NCBI GenBank assembly: GCA_964016885.1
Contig: OZ024741.1
Coordinates: 197,470,001 to 197,534,000 of the forward strand
From: Eledone cirrhosa
Lineage: Eukaryota
Reading direction: 5' to 3'
DNA: 64,000 nucleotides
Part shown: in pieces, positions 28,148 through 42,587 of the stretch
Layout: every line of letters begins with the position of its first letter
How positions within the stretch are numbered: the first letter of the stretch is position 1
Notes under the pieces: model-generated
Database searches by the model: none
What the model saw: only the letters and a program-made list of their open reading frames with translations
What the model was told of the DNA's origin: nothing
Program-made: the position numbers and the translations under genes

Positions 28148-28590
28148 ATCTAATTCGGGCACGGGCACAAGGTCAGCATATTTTAGGGGATATTGAAAGT
28201 TGGTAAATCAACTCAACGACTGGATTTACATTTTATTTTATCGATCCTGGCAGGATGAGAGAAAAAAAATGATCTCGGGGGGATGTTAACCCAGAATGTA
28301 AAGAGCAAAAATAAATACCACAGTGACATTTTATCTGACGCTCTGCCAATTCTGGCAATCAACACCTCTATTAATTATTACCGATTTAGGCACAAGGCCA
28401 GTCATTTTTGGGGAGAGGGAGGTGTTTGTAGGTCGATTATATCGATGGCAGTACTTAGCGTACTATTTCACCGACTTTAGAAAGATGAAAGGCAAAGTTG
28501 ACCGTGGTGGGATTTGAACCCAGAACGCAACTAAATGTCGCAAAGGATCTTATCAGAGGTTCTGACGATTCTGACAATCTGTCGTTCTCT
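28148..28590 (-). mobile_element. Two old diverged SINE copies (about 28148-28360 and 28386-28590)
   Basis: ggcacaagg..., gatgaaaggcaaagttgacc and gatttgaacccag motifs. Confidence 0.7.
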
Positions 28591-30231
28591 GTCTATAGAA
28601 TATTAAAATAAACAATGATTACTTAATGGCAAATGCATAGTAAGATTTCGTCTATGAGGGCTAACATTTCTGCCATTGTATTTGGTTAACTAACAATTCC
28701 ATTTTGATACTGTGCTAACTTTGATGCATTTCTCTTTTAATCTTAACATTTTCCTCTGTTTACTATTGCCATATCACCCGGCGAAGCCCAGCACTACATT
28801 CATTATAGGTTCCATGAAAATAATTTAACATTTAGATATAAAGAATAGCATAAAATATCAAAATGTGATGATTTCGTGATAATAGATTTTTTTCTAGAAG
28901 TAAAATACGTAACTATTTGAAATATGATATAGCCTAGTCTTTTATACTACAATATCATTATTTTAGTGGAACTATTCTTCCATTAGGAATATATACAAAC
29001 AGAATATAGAGATATTTTTTCGGGTATAGCTTATAAACTGTAAGAAGCACACCGAATAATTTATATGTACAGATAGCAAATATAAAGCTTTCTTGCCCTA
29101 ATGTATGAACAGTAAATCTATAAATGAAATGTAGAAAATAAAACTGAATTTGTAAACGGAATATCCGCATGAAAATAAGCCATAAAAAGAAATATCCAAA
29201 GAAAGTCACTATGACGCCAAATAAAATTGTGATGCAGTTTTAATACTATTATTTTCTCTCACATAATGCATTAGTTAGCGTTTACTTGTTTATATTGATT
29301 TTTCTTTTTATGTTATATTTTGTTTTTCTCGGTAAATATGCTTTTTGTGTAGATCACAAATGACTCTGTATTAATAGCGTGCTGAACATGTGACAAATGA
29401 AATTATAAATTCGTTATCATTCGAGAAACTTCGAATTATATAAGGAAATCAATTATGGCCTCAGAATTTTGGTACACTTTAAATTTGGACTAATCGAATA
29501 TGTTCTACTTAATAATATTTCCTTTTTTAATATTTTCACGTGAACACCCAGGGGACATGTTGCCTTGTTTTAGATAAATACTTTCAAATTAATTTCAAAA
29601 TCGATATCAATGTTTTTCTTAAATGAATATTCAAATTTAGCCTTTAACACTACACTAGTAGAGAAATGATCAAAACTGTTCTATTGGGACCTGAAGCTTA
29701 TTGATATTTTGATTTAAACTACTGTGGATTATGACCCAGGAAGACATTTGCTAACATTATGTCCACACTTATGAACATTTGCTTATTTTCTAATCTGAAA
29801 AAATGAAAACGTTCTAAAACATCTCTAACAGTAGTTATAACTAGTTTTATAGTAGCTAAGCATTCTAAATCTAATGATTCCGGCCAAGTTAGATCTACCG
29901 ACAGATTAGATTTATCTAATTTTGGATTGAAGAGAGTTTAGTACAGAATCCAACTGTTTATTTAAAAAAAAATCAGTTTCTGAAATTTAAATAAGGAAAG
30001 TGTCATGATTGTGTTATCACAAGAATGTTTATTGAATGTTTATAGGCCGAGTTTTTCATTGTAGTCTTATGCTCAATACTTAATTTTATATGCATCGGTT
30101 TACAAAGCTGCAAAGAATAGCTACAGCTTTTCATAACAAAGGGTTTTGTAGTAAGTAGTGATCTATAGAAACCAAAGCAATAATCTTACCAACCCTTGTT
30201 GTTCTGGACAAAATTAACTAAGAATTGAATA

Positions 30232-30318
30232 AGCATTACATATTTCTTACTTCATAGCATTTACATATTTCTTACTTCATAGCATTTACATATTTCTTAC
30301 TTCATAGCATTTACATAT
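30232..30318. repeat. 25-bp tandem repeat, about 3.5 copies
   Basis: agcatttacatatttcttacttcat. Confidence 0.9.
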
Positions 30319-31439
30319 GATTGACATAATTTTAATTTGCTCCGTCTTCAGTTTGAACGACAATACATATTGTGCAATATTCCCTCCCTCGTCCGATCTA
30401 GCGGGTATATTTCCCTACTACCAATTGGTATGTGTGCGCCTGCGTGAATGCTAGTGTTTGCGATTAGCTAGGTGAGAGGACACTTCAGGAGGGGGGGGGG
30501 GGGGTTAGTAGTTGGTCCTGTTGTAGCCTTAAGGTTCCCTGCTGCTGTTGTTGTTGCTGTTGTTGCTTCTGTAACAACTGTCTTTTGAGGTTGCTGCTGC
30601 TCTCGATGCTTGTTCTTGCTGATGCTTCTATTGTTGTTGTTTTCACTGTTGTTGGTGTTGTTGCTGTTGGTGTCGGATCAGCAGGAGCACTGGCCTTCTA
30701 TCGCCTGATAGTTGGGGGTAAAAAGACCTTAAATGGATACCGCCACAAACAGCTGTGTGTCGTTTCGCAGTTCGATCATGCTTGGAATATTTTTGCGCTT
30801 CTCCTGATTTGATATAACATGCATAGTCGCATTTTTAATTATCGTACTTGCCAGAGGATATTTATCTCAAGCGGAAAATCCTATATCCGTATCTTCGCCA
30901 CACGTAGTTCGGTTCGATGATGAAATCTTCACTCTTCATGGGGTTATATAGTAATCGCTCGCCTGATTCTTAGAGGCAAATCTTAATTTTATCATTCTTA
31001 ACTTCTTACCACGGGAGACAGAGGTTTCCTACTTTCATATATCCCTTAAATATCGCTCAGTTTGTAAATTCGAAGGATTTTCCAGTCGTCGGCTTCTACA
31101 ATCAATACATTTGTATATCATCGTGCATTTTTGCATGTTACTCGTCACGTTCGGTGACATGGTGAACAGAAAATTCCTACCATGTCTTTCTATAAGGCTT
31201 TTAAACGTTCCTTAGCGTCACTGAATCCCATATGTATATCCTTTGTCAACCGTGGCGCTAAGATATATTTATTATGGTGGTATTTAAATGTTTTCTGGTG
31301 GTTGTGGAAGTTGGTGATTTTGAGGATGGGCAAAGGTCATTGGCCAAGGGATTTTAAAGAACAGGGATTCTTTGAAAAAACTATTCTTAGAAATATACAT
31401 ATTACTACAGTGGCACAGATAAAAGCGACCGAACAGAAC

Positions 31440-33062
31440 CATTAAAGGTGAAGACCTCACACTTCGCCTTTAAAGACCACAAGGCTCACTTATACAACAA
31501 ACCGTCAGTTCGGTTGATTAATCCAACACGATCGGATATCGGATCGATTAGTAAGAATATCCTCGACCGAATACTACCAATACTGCGTGCAGCTTCACCA
31601 CTCTCACTCTGGAGTAGAACTTCCGAGGCAATTTAACCCACTTTTTAAAATTAGATATAGAGGACTACTACGCTTCTATCTCAGAACCTCTATTTAAGAA
31701 TAGACTGGCCTACGCTAAGACGCTTACTAAGATCACCAATTCGGAGTGTGACGTGATCCTCCACGCCCGTAAGACCATCTTAACTCACAAGGACTCTTAC
31801 TGGATTAATAAGAAATCAGATACCCCATTCTATGTTAGCAAAGGAGCGAGCGACTCTGCACAAACAATCGACCTGGTGGGTCTGTACATCCTATACAACA
31901 TGAAGGAACTTTTTACCGGGTTAACTGGAGGACTGTACCACGACGATGGCCTCTTAGCCCTGCACAAGATGAATCCCAAAACCACCGATGGGTTTCGGAA
32001 GATCTTACATTCCTTTTTTCGTAATCTAGGCTTTAGAATTACAATTGAAAAATCCCCTAACAAAACTAAAGCCAACTCTCGAAATGTTACCTTAAATTTA
32101 GAAACTTCCCTTTACTACCCTTACCCCAAACGTAACGAATCCCTTAGATATGTAGACGTTAACTCCAACCACTCCCAAAATATCATAGATAACTTTCTGA
32201 TCTCTCTGACAAAGAAGACAGCTTTATTGCTTCTGCCCCCTAATAAAACGAGGCCCTGGCCCACAGTGGCTTTAAAGAAAAATTCACCTACTTAGACAGC
32301 ACATCAAGACCTCTGAGAAGAAATAGGCATAGACAAATTAGCTGGTACAACCCCGCTCCAACAGAGCGGTGTCAACACTAATAGCAAGGATTTTCTTTAG
32401 ATTATTAAACAAACACTTTCCCACACAGCATAAGTACTACGCTATTCTTAACAGGAACACAATTAGACTCTTCTACTCTACCACACCTAACTTAACTAGG
32501 AACATAGCCAACAATAATAAAACGAAACTAAATAAGTCAACTACCCCCGAAACCCATCCCTGGAATGAAGTACTGTGCAACTGCCATAATAAGGATGCAT
32601 GTCCAATTGAAAACAAATGCCTGATGAACGATATCGTCTATAAATGTGATGTTGTCTGTGGTGACAACGGAAACAACAACAAACACAAAAAAAACATACA
32701 TTAGTATGACATCCAATAACTTTAAGACAGTGGTATGCCTACATCCACTCTTTCAGAGGGCCGGACAAATCAAATGAAACCATACTCGCCGCCTATTTAT
32801 GGGACCTCAAGAAGAATTCCACTCCCTTCACGCTCAAATGGAAAATACTCCTGGGGGGCGCGCTCATATGTAAGTGTTGTGACCTATGTATCGTATCTCG
32901 GGGAGATATGAGATATTGGCGAATAATATTCCATAGCTCTCCGAGATACATAGGTCAAAACATTTATGCCCGCCTATGTATGAACGCGAACTCTGGAGTA
33001 TTTTCCATTTGAGCGTGAAGCGGTTGGAGTTATTTTTGAGGTCCCATACATAGGCGGCGAAC
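31440..33062 (+). mobile_element. Naiad-like Penelope element (RT plus GIY-YIG), frameshifted, joined to an inverted second endonuclease fragment (32865-33062, minus)
   Basis: KDHK..KPSVRLINP, GLYHDDG, LNKHFP..HKY..LNRNTIR, CNCx5C; minus ORF AAYVWDLK..FTLKWKIL..CISE. Confidence 0.9.
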
Positions 33063-33503
33063 TCTGCACGAACTGCTTGCACAAAAACTATGCAAGGTAT
33101 AAATCTTACAAAGCTGTTCTACCCCCAGAACGACAGTTTCGACACAACATTTCACTCGACAAATCCCCACCCCACCCCACCCTTTTCCCCCCTACCCGGC
33201 CCCCAATTTCTCCCCCAGTCCACTTCTTTTCGGACCCCTTTTATAGATCTGTGGCTATGTAAGTGCCTTTTGTCTACTTATCTTTGTTTTGGGGTACATA
33301 CACAAGTGTCAGTCTGTTTTTGTGTACAAGGGCTGATTCCCTGACTCCCTCCCCAGCTTGCCCCTTCGTCAGTCACCCGCGTTTCTCAGTGATAGAGGTC
33401 ATCACGACCCTCCCCCGCATGGCCTGTGTGTGGCCATAGATGAGTCATCGAGAAGCAGTCGCTAAGATCAACACCTTTTCATCAAAGCAGATATTATTTT
33501 ACC

Positions 33504-33532
33504 TACCCAGGCAACGCTGGGTACTGCTGCTA

Positions 33533-33533
<1 letters not shown>
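33504..33533 (+). mobile_element. Helitron 3' terminus
   Basis: Hairpin tacccag-gcaacg-ctgggta then ctgctgCTAG|T; 5' end not located. Confidence 0.6.
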
Positions 33534-33601
<68 letters not shown>

Positions 33602-34001
33602 AGTACAGCATATTCGAAGTTCGAACAGCAGCTAAGCCAACGAATGCGTTCAGCAGTGCAGCCAAGCACTCGACGAGGAATAGACCCCAGAGTAATAACA
33701 TACAGTTTAAAGGGCTTTGCAAATTGAAAATAGCGACCGCTAATTCAGCCGCGTGACCTGTAGCAACGAAAGAACTGATTAGTGAGAAAAAGATATACAC
33801 ACACACACACACACACATACATATATACATACACAAATGCACATATCTGTATATATATATATATATATATTATATTATATATTATATTATATATATATAT
33901 ATATATATAAACTATAATAAAGTAAGGAGCGCGGGACTGCGTACGGTTTATAATCTGTTATCCCATTAGTAAAATAAGTTAGATTACTTTGAATAAATAA
34001 T

Positions 34002-34188
34002 TGTTTCTACGTTTGGCACAAGGCCAGAAATTACCCAGAACATTACTGGTACTTTATTTTGTCGACCCCGAAAGGATGAAAGGCAAAGTTAACCTCGGCG
34101 GGATTTGAACTCAGAATGGCAAGGGTCGTAACTCTATACGTCAAAGCATAGCGTCCGACCCTCTACTGATACTGCCAATCTACCGCCC
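34002..34188 (-). mobile_element. tRNA-derived SINE, full length
   Basis: 18-bp TSD ttactttgaataaataat. Confidence 0.92.
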
Positions 34189-34703
34189 TTACTTTGAATA
34201 AATAATGAATGAATATTACATCATTTATCTACTAAATTTCGTGGCCGTTGATTAAATATATTTTGGTTATTTAAAGATTCACTTCTTTAAAATTTCTGAA
34301 ATGTCAACACTTCCGGTTGGCCATCGCTTAAATAAACATACTAATTTTCTGTCACTAATTTTCTCCTAATGCAGTTTATATATAATATCGTCTTTTTTAA
34401 TGTATCATAGATTACGTTACTGATTAAATATGAGACTGTGACGCAGTCTTCGTTCAATTTCTATGTATTATATATTGTCATTTACGATTTTATTTGATGT
34501 ATCATATCTACATGTATATATACCTGCGTATAATATCAATACATACACTACACATGCTAGCAGAAAACCACCCAAAAGATGGTTTTCCTGCTAGTATATT
34601 TAATATAGAAAGGCTTCTACAGGACTAGAACTGTCGCACTCGGTAGAAATCATCAGAAAGTATCTTATTTACTGTGGTTACCCCCGATTGAAGCCGGGAT
34701 AAA

Positions 34704-34755
<52 letters not shown>

Positions 34756-34756
<1 letters not shown>

Positions 34757-34954
34757 CGAAGGAAATGTGGTAAGGAACCAGGTGGACCATAACGCACCAA
34801 AGTACTCAATACTTAGGGTAGTAGAGTGGGTAATAGGAACGAGTAGGACCCTGACGGCTGAGCTCAAGCAGTTTCGACCGCTAATTCTGGACTACAGTAG
34901 TCCAGAATTAGCCGTCGAAACGGCTTGAGCTCAGCCGTCGGGGTCCTACTCGTT

Positions 34955-34959
<5 letters not shown>
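34756..34959. mobile_element. Family B hairpin element in (TA)n, copy 1
   Basis: Unique arm acgaaggaaatgtggtaagg... plus palindrome 34833-34959 centred on 34896. Confidence 0.9.
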
Positions 34960-35003
<44 letters not shown>

Positions 35004-35009
<6 letters not shown>

Positions 35010-35219
35010 AGAAATGTAAGCTATCGCCGTATTTTGACTAAAGAAATTAAAGAAATTATTTAGCCTGATAGTGGGGTTAAGAACCCTCGGAGAAATGGAA
35101 AAGGATGAGTATTGACATCCTTTCCCATTTCTCCGAGGGTTCTTAACCCCACTATCAGGCGAAATAATTTCTTTAATTTCTTTAATCAAAATACGGCGAT
35201 AGCTTACATTTTTAATAAT
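35004..35219. repeat. Foldback (about 104-bp arms, 8-nt loop) in (TA)n
   Basis: attattagaaatgtaagc...aaggatg / catcctt...gcttacatttttaataat. Confidence 0.92.
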
Positions 35220-35251
35220 TTCAAACCCACTCGCTGTTTCGAAAATATTCT

Positions 35252-35288
<37 letters not shown>

Positions 35289-35291
<3 letters not shown>

Positions 35292-35832
35292 TGTTATACT
35301 TTGGGAGGGTCATGTTGCCAATAAGAAACACACGCACCAGTTGCTTTCACTTCAATTTATTATAAATTTAGGAATTTATAAATTTCCGGTTGGTTGGTTG
35401 GTTCCACAACCAGATGGTTGTTTATATATTGTCATATTTCTTTCGTCACACATTCTGTAACCTCTTCAGTGACTGGCGATCCTTTTCTTTGTTTTTGTGC
35501 CTCTCCTTTGTTCTCAAGAAACAAGATGGCGTAGGACAGAACAAAGGAGAGGCACAAAAACAAAGAAAAGAATCCCCAGTCACTGAAGAGGTCACAGAAT
35601 GTGTGACGAAAGAACTTTGACAATATATAAACAACCATCTGGTTGTGGAGCCAACCAGCCAACCGGAAATTTATAAATTCCTAAATTTATAAATTTATTA
35701 TAGTAAATTGAAGTGAAAGCAACTGGTGCGTGTGTTTCTTATTGGAAACATGACCCTCCCAAAGTATAACAATATCGGTTTCAACACACGTTTTCAGATA
35801 AAGAATCTCGCTAAACAAATTCAGAAACGAAA
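35289..35832. mobile_element. Family A foldback (about 225-bp arms) with an HHR on each arm
   Basis: Plus HHR at 35579-35621: gtca-CTGAAGA-g-gtcaca gaatg tgtgac-GAA-AGAACT-T-tgac; antisense copy at about 35431-35474. Confidence 0.9.
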
Positions 35833-35940
35833 TATATATATATTTATATATATATACTCTACTTTCCGAAGTATCGAGTACTTAGCGCTGAACACGGTCT
35901 TATTAGTCTAAACTCGTAACTCCCAATTTCTCCCTTTCTC

Positions 35941-36043
<103 letters not shown>

Positions 36044-36479
36044 TAGATGTATATATATATCCGCCATAAACGTTGCGTGTTTTGAACGCCATGCGGTTCC
36101 GTAAACAGATGTTTTACTCCTGTTGCTTATCAAATTCAATGGGCTTTTAATTGCCACTAACTTTCCAGTTGTAAGTTTTATTTTTATTTTTTGTTTTTTT
36201 GTTTTTAATTTTTATTTACTTTATTTATTTATATATTTTGGTATCGGCATGCAGCGTATATAAAAGGGCACACTCTACCCCAGGGACAGAGCGATAAACC
36301 TCACAGTTCATTGTATTGTAGTCGGATTTAGATTATGTAATTACAATGAGGACAGAATACGCGTCATGTGAATAAACGATTGTCAAACTGTCATTTCACT
36401 CTCCAGACTATAGTAGACGACACTTGCTCAAGATGTCGTTTATTATTTTGTTTACTCATTTAGTGTTTTCATCCATTGA

Positions 36480-36514
36480 AGCAGCAGCAGCAGTGTTAGC
36501 AGTGTTAGTATTGT

Positions 36515-36573
<59 letters not shown>

Positions 36574-36723
36574 ATAGTAGTAGTAGTAGTAGTAGTAATA
36601 GTAGTAAACTACTAATTATACAAGCAGTAGTTTTTGTTGTGGTTGCTGATGTTAGTGGTATTAGCGCTGGTGATAGAGGTGGTGGCGGCGGCGACAATGG
36701 TGGTGTTGATGATGCTGGTGATT

Positions 36724-36766
<43 letters not shown>

Positions 36767-36810
36767 CGACGATGATGATGATGATGCTGCTGCTGCTGAT
36801 GATGATGATA
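36480..36810. repeat. (GTA)n and (GAT)n trinucleotide microsatellites
   Basis: Visible directly in the sequence. Confidence 0.95.
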
Positions 36811-37109
36811 ATTGTGTCGATGGCTCTGATTATGTTTGATATCGCTATGTCGATAATGTCTGACAATGCTGCTGTTGAACATATATATGTACGTTAAGGC
36901 GTTCCAGTTAAGACCATCTCGTCTGTTTTGTATATCTAGAATTGTATTGTCCAACAAGTCTTTCCATTCTTTTAAAGACAGTATGGTTTAATTTGAAGAA
37001 GATGTAGCTGCCATTTTTAGCAGGTCGAGCCGCCGCTTAGAAACTCCCAATGTAAGTGACGTAATGTGTAAAAAGCCAAGTTAGTTGCTTGTAATATGGA
37101 TTGAGTCAC

Positions 37110-37177
<68 letters not shown>

Positions 37178-37373
37178 CAGTAGCAGCAGCAGCTGAGTGC
37201 TACAACTAGAGAAGCCGGGTAATAGCTGGAACAAATGATTCAGTAAGAGCTTCGATACTTTCTGACACTCTCTACTTGCATTCACACTCAGCATTCATAC
37301 CTGGAAACATAAACACACCCACACACTTATGTATGTATGTGTGTGTGTATGTGTGTATGTTTGTATGTATGTA

Positions 37374-37412
<39 letters not shown>

Positions 37413-37444
37413 GCACGCACGCACACACACGCACACACACACAT

Positions 37445-37476
<32 letters not shown>

Positions 37477-37671
37477 ACGGAGGAAATGTGGTAAGGAACC
37501 AGGTGGACCATAACGCACCAAAGTACTCAATACTTAGGGTAGTAGAGTGGGTAATAGGAACGAGTAGGACCCCGACGGCTGAGCTCAAGCCGTTTCGACG
37601 GCTAAATCTGGACTGAGTCCAGAATTAGCTATCGAAACGGCTTGAGCTCAGCCGTAGGGGTCCTACTCGTT

Positions 37672-37676
<5 letters not shown>
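37477..37676. mobile_element. Family B hairpin element, copy 2
   Basis: Same ends as copy 1; palindrome 37554-37676 centred on 37615. Confidence 0.9.
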
Positions 37677-37712
<36 letters not shown>

Positions 37713-37780
37713 ATGTATATATATATATATATGTTATGGAATACTGTTAGCTTCTCGCTACAACAATTTCTATACCTTTC

Positions 37781-37855
<75 letters not shown>

Positions 37856-38066
37856 CACGCACGCGCACACACAAACAAACACACATGCGGATACACATCG
37901 TTAAAACTTGACAAGTCGGTGCAGCGAAAAATCGTTGATGCAAGGTAACACTTTCCTAGTTCTATCTCAACAAGCAGGCACGGTTGGCTGCTAGCAGTAA
38001 TGAAGGAGATTCTTTGCTACTAGTAGGATCCGAGTAGATGAAGCGATACTAGAAGATCAGCAGTAC

Positions 38067-38070
<4 letters not shown>

Positions 38071-38114
<44 letters not shown>

Positions 38115-38190
38115 GAGAGAGGGGAAGAGAGAGAGAGAGAGAGAGAGAGCGGAAGAGAGAGAGAGAGGAAGAGAGAGGGGAAGAGAGAGG

Positions 38191-38254
<64 letters not shown>

Positions 38255-38275
38255 GGGGGAGAGAGAGAAGAGGAA

Positions 38276-38306
<31 letters not shown>

Positions 38307-38464
38307 GGGAAGAGAAAGAGAGAGAGGGGACGAGAGAGAGAGAGGGGACGAGAGAGAGAGAGAGAGAGGGAGAGAGAGAGAGAGGGAGAAAGAGAGAGAG
38401 AGAGGAAGAGGGAGAGAGAGAGAGATGAAGAGAGAGAGAGAGGAAGAGGGAGAGAGAGAGAGAT

Positions 38465-38521
<57 letters not shown>
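38071..38521. repeat. (GA)n-rich polypurine tract
   Basis: About 450 bp, almost purely purine on the plus strand. Confidence 0.95.
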
Positions 38522-38523
<2 letters not shown>

Positions 38524-39611
38524 TGATCTCTTATTTCTCACCGGCTTTTACAAAGCTACCACCATATATACATTGCTGTGTGTTACTTCTATGATGATGA
38601 CGACGGTGACGTCTTTAGGCAGGCGTCGTCGGAAGCAATATTAGTAGAGCTGCGTAAGATGGTATTGGTGGTGTTGGCAGCAGATGCAGATATGGAAGAG
38701 TTAGCGACGAAGGCGGCGAGGGCATCGATGCTGACGAGTGAATCAGTACGGGTAGGAACGAGTGACTGCTCCGAGGCGATAATGTTGAGGGTGAAGGAAG
38801 AGGAGAAGGTAAAAATAAAGAAATAAGAAAAAAAAAAAAAAAAAAAAAAAAACGGAATAAATGCGTAACTAAATGAACGAAAAGAAAGAATATCACAGCG
38901 GAAGGAAAGAGGGTGAGTGGTGGCAGAGGTGATGGCAGCGGTGATTGTGATGGCGACGCTGATGACGGTGGTTGCATCGGTGATAGAAGTGGTGATGCTA
39001 AGACGTTTGAAGTTGTCGGTCTTATTGTTTAATTTCACATTGATGCTGTGACAATCAAGTTCTTTTATGGGTAGGGAATAATTCAGGACTCCATTATCTC
39101 ACGTGATGTTTCGTTATTAAGCGTATAAGGTGTGATTTGAAGATGGTACTTGGCTGCTATTTCTAGCAGATTGGATGGCCACGTAGAGTCTCTCAAAGGA
39201 GTTGATGGTACCTAGAGTGTAAGGTTCAGATATCAGCTGACAAGAACGTATTTCGCATCACCTATACAGCTTAAGTTCCTATGCAAGCCATGAACATCAA
39301 ACACCAAACCATTTCATTCTCATCTTTTATATATCAGAAGTAAACATAGGAGGTTGTACTTCAGTAAGAAATCAATATTTAAACATCAGGATTGTACATC
39401 TAACAATCATATATTTAAGGACTATCTCTATTATTTGTATCCACTTTGTCTTCTCAGTCTCATAAATTTTACTTTTTCTCTCCGTCTGTGCTGCTTCGCA
39501 TATATACACTGACATACGCCTACTATCACGCACATATCTGCATATACATACACAAGCACAGGCACACGCACCCAGACAAACACACTAACACACACTAACA
39601 CACACATGCAC

Positions 39612-39708
<97 letters not shown>

Positions 39709-39760
39709 GTGAAAAATAGGTTGGACGTTAGAAAACATTCTATACAGGTCACGTTATATA

Positions 39761-40973
39761 AGGAAAATGATAATAAAAAAGGGCTTGAAAGCGCACGTGG
39801 TATATATATATATATAAAAGATCTTTATAATGTACAAAAAAATTGATGTTAGTGAAGCTTGCTTTCTCCGTTTTGAATCTTCAAAACATTTCTTATTAGG
39901 TTAAATTGTTTTTTTAGTTAAAACTCCAGCATGAGTATATCTTTCATCTCCTATAGACCACAAACTAGAGGAAATGGAAGATATACTCACCAAGAGAAAA
40001 TACCCCTAACGATAGCATTCAAAAAGCAAAAAATTAATATTCAAGTCCTCTGAGAAACAAAACCAACAAAGGAGAAAAATGATACCATACATCTCAACCT
40101 TCAACCTCCAGAACACAAATATCTATATACACATACAACTATACCTTCCTATGCTACAAAAAGAAATGAAAAAACCTCTTACAAAAATATCCTATTATTA
40201 AGAGTAAACGATAGCCGAAATCATAAAAAAAGAAAAATACTGACAAGGACAGAGCTGCAAACCACAATTATAGAACCTCATGTGAAAAGATGCAACCAGC
40301 GCCATTGTGGAATGTGCAACTACCGATTGGAGGGCCATGAATTTCACTTCAAAATTAAGAATAACTTCTTGTGCAACTCGTAAAACATAATTAATGTCAT
40401 AACCTGCCGATGTTGCCACGAACATTATGTAGGAGAGACGGGGCTGACACTCCGACAAAGAATGACAGTCCATAGGCAGCAAATCAGAACCCTGTATACT
40501 AGAAAGATCCCTCTAAGCAAACATATAGTAGAATGCGGAGGTAAAACGCTACTAAACTTTGATGTTTCTTCATTGTACCAATGTAGTTATGAAATCACAG
40601 AACAAGGTAGAATCAATAAAGAGAAAATGTTTATCAGAAAACTCAAACGAAGTATAAACTCACAACATAATTATTTTCAACACTAAAAGAAAGTAGAGTT
40701 AGGCCCCTTGTTACAGATCTAAAAACTTTTACACACAAGCGACAGCAGCAAAAAAAAAAAAAAAAAAAAAAGTGACTCCCAAACCATGCAATTGAAAATA
40801 AGCATGCAGGTCTTTTAACAAAAAGAAAAAAAAAATTAACCTAATAAATGTTTTGAAGATCCAGAACGGAGAAATCAAGCTTCGCTAACATACATTTTAT
40901 CTACATGTTATAAAGATCCTTTATATATATATATACTACGTGCGCTTTTCGAACCCTCTTTTATTATCATTTT

Positions 40974-40977
<4 letters not shown>
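39761..40977 (+). mobile_element. 5'-truncated Neptune-like PLE flanked by inverted pLTRs, with a degenerate HHR at about 40848-40891
   Basis: CNQPPLWNVQ../INVITCRCCHEHYVGETGLTLRQRMTVHRQQI (GIY-YIG); 39761-39915 is the reverse complement of 40829-40977. Confidence 0.85.
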
Positions 40978-41033
<56 letters not shown>

Positions 41034-41119
41034 ATATATATATATATAATCAAGGTTTAGCAAATAGAGAAAAAGTTTTAAAATAAATTTTAAAAAGTTT
41101 ACTGCACTTACTATATTTA

Positions 41120-41193
41120 CCCTTACCGCGCGGTTTCAAGTCTCAAAATAAATGGATAATTCATGCGGAACACCATTGAGAAGGAGACTTTCG

Positions 41194-41196
<3 letters not shown>
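41120..41196 (-). ncRNA. Hammerhead ribozyme motif truncated at core position C3 by a (TA)n tract
   Basis: Minus strand: TGACGA-aagtctc...gagactt-GAA-ACCGCGCGGT-A-aggg. Confidence 0.7.
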
Positions 41197-41272
<76 letters not shown>

Positions 41273-41547
41273 AGAAGAAAATTTCGCTCTACATGACTGA
41301 AAACAATGAATGTAATCTGAGTTTTTCGAATATTAATAATAACATTCGATTCGTTTGGAATTAAGCCTCAATTTTATAACCATATCAGTCGAATGAACAC
41401 TTCATTCTTGCTTTGTGTTGGCATGCGAACAGAACTGCAGACACTAATGTTTCTGGGTATCTCCCTTCATCAGTACAGCTCACTGTTCACCTGCCAAACT
41501 GTCAGAGGTAGTGAAAATATATGCTATTTTCAAAAATACACAGTGAC

Positions 41548-41646
41548 TGATCGGCCTGATTTGCATATTAGCAGACTGGCTGATCAGTCAGATCTGCATA
41601 TTAGCAGATCCATTGATCAGCCAGATTTGCATATCAGCAGACTGGC
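41548..41646 (+). repeat. Three 33-bp tandem units containing the octamer ATTTGCAT
   Basis: tgatcggcctgATTTGCATattagcagactggc; two perfect octamers and one with a single mismatch. Confidence 0.85.
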
Positions 41647-41785
41647 CAGTCAGTTTCCTGTATACGAGCGATAAATGGCCGGCTTTGCCAAATTCAAATA
41701 TATATATATATATATGTATGAATGAAGTAATTCCGTCGGAAAAGTCCAGGAAAAAAGAGTGCTCTATGTAGGTAACAGAGCTTAA

Positions 41786-42082
41786 TAGTTATGTAATAAA
41801 CAACATAATGCAATTATTCCATTTACCAGTGGTTTCTTAAAAGCAAAAAATTTAGCTTTCAATCCTCAGAATGAAAAAATCCTGGTCTGTTTATTGAATT
41901 TGGATTTGTTTTTTAAATTTTGAATTTGTTTTTGATTTGCTTTTTAAATTTTGAATTTGTTTTTTAAAATCCAAATTCAATAAACAGACCAGGATTTTTT
42001 CATTCTGAGGATTGAAAGCAACATTTTTTGCTTTTAAGAAACCACTGGTAAATGGAATAATTGCATTATGTTGTTTATTACA

Positions 42083-42087
<5 letters not shown>
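41786..42087. repeat. Foldback (about 120-bp arms) with a tandemly duplicated filler at the centre
   Basis: tagttatgtaataaacaac... / ...gttgtttattacataacta, next to (TA)n. Confidence 0.92.
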
Positions 42088-42178
<91 letters not shown>

Positions 42179-42541
42179 GAGAGAGTGTCTGCGGTACTGA
42201 GACCCAGGGGAACACTAATTATGGGAGTACTCGATACATGAGGAGATGCGTAGTGTGTATAGTGAGATGTTAAATCCCGACCGCGGCGCAAAGTGGCTTC
42301 GGCTTCTGTGTTCCATATATATATATATATATATATATATTTCGGTTGGTTGTTTAGTTGTTGATTGTCAAAGCTCTTTCATCACACATTCTGAGACCTC
42401 CTCAGTAACCACCATTTTGTGTCCCTCCTTCGCTTTGTCCAACACCACCTTTTCGTTTACTTTTCACAGCAGGTGCGTGTGTTTTTATTGGCAGTATGAC
42501 CCTCCCAAAGTATAACAATATATATATATATAAATATATAA

Positions 42542-42579
<38 letters not shown>

Positions 42580-42587
<8 letters not shown>

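Noticed and set aside
36424-39038. Poly-Val, poly-His, poly-Asp and Ser-Leu ORFs
   Set aside because: These are translations of microsatellites and low-complexity DNA.
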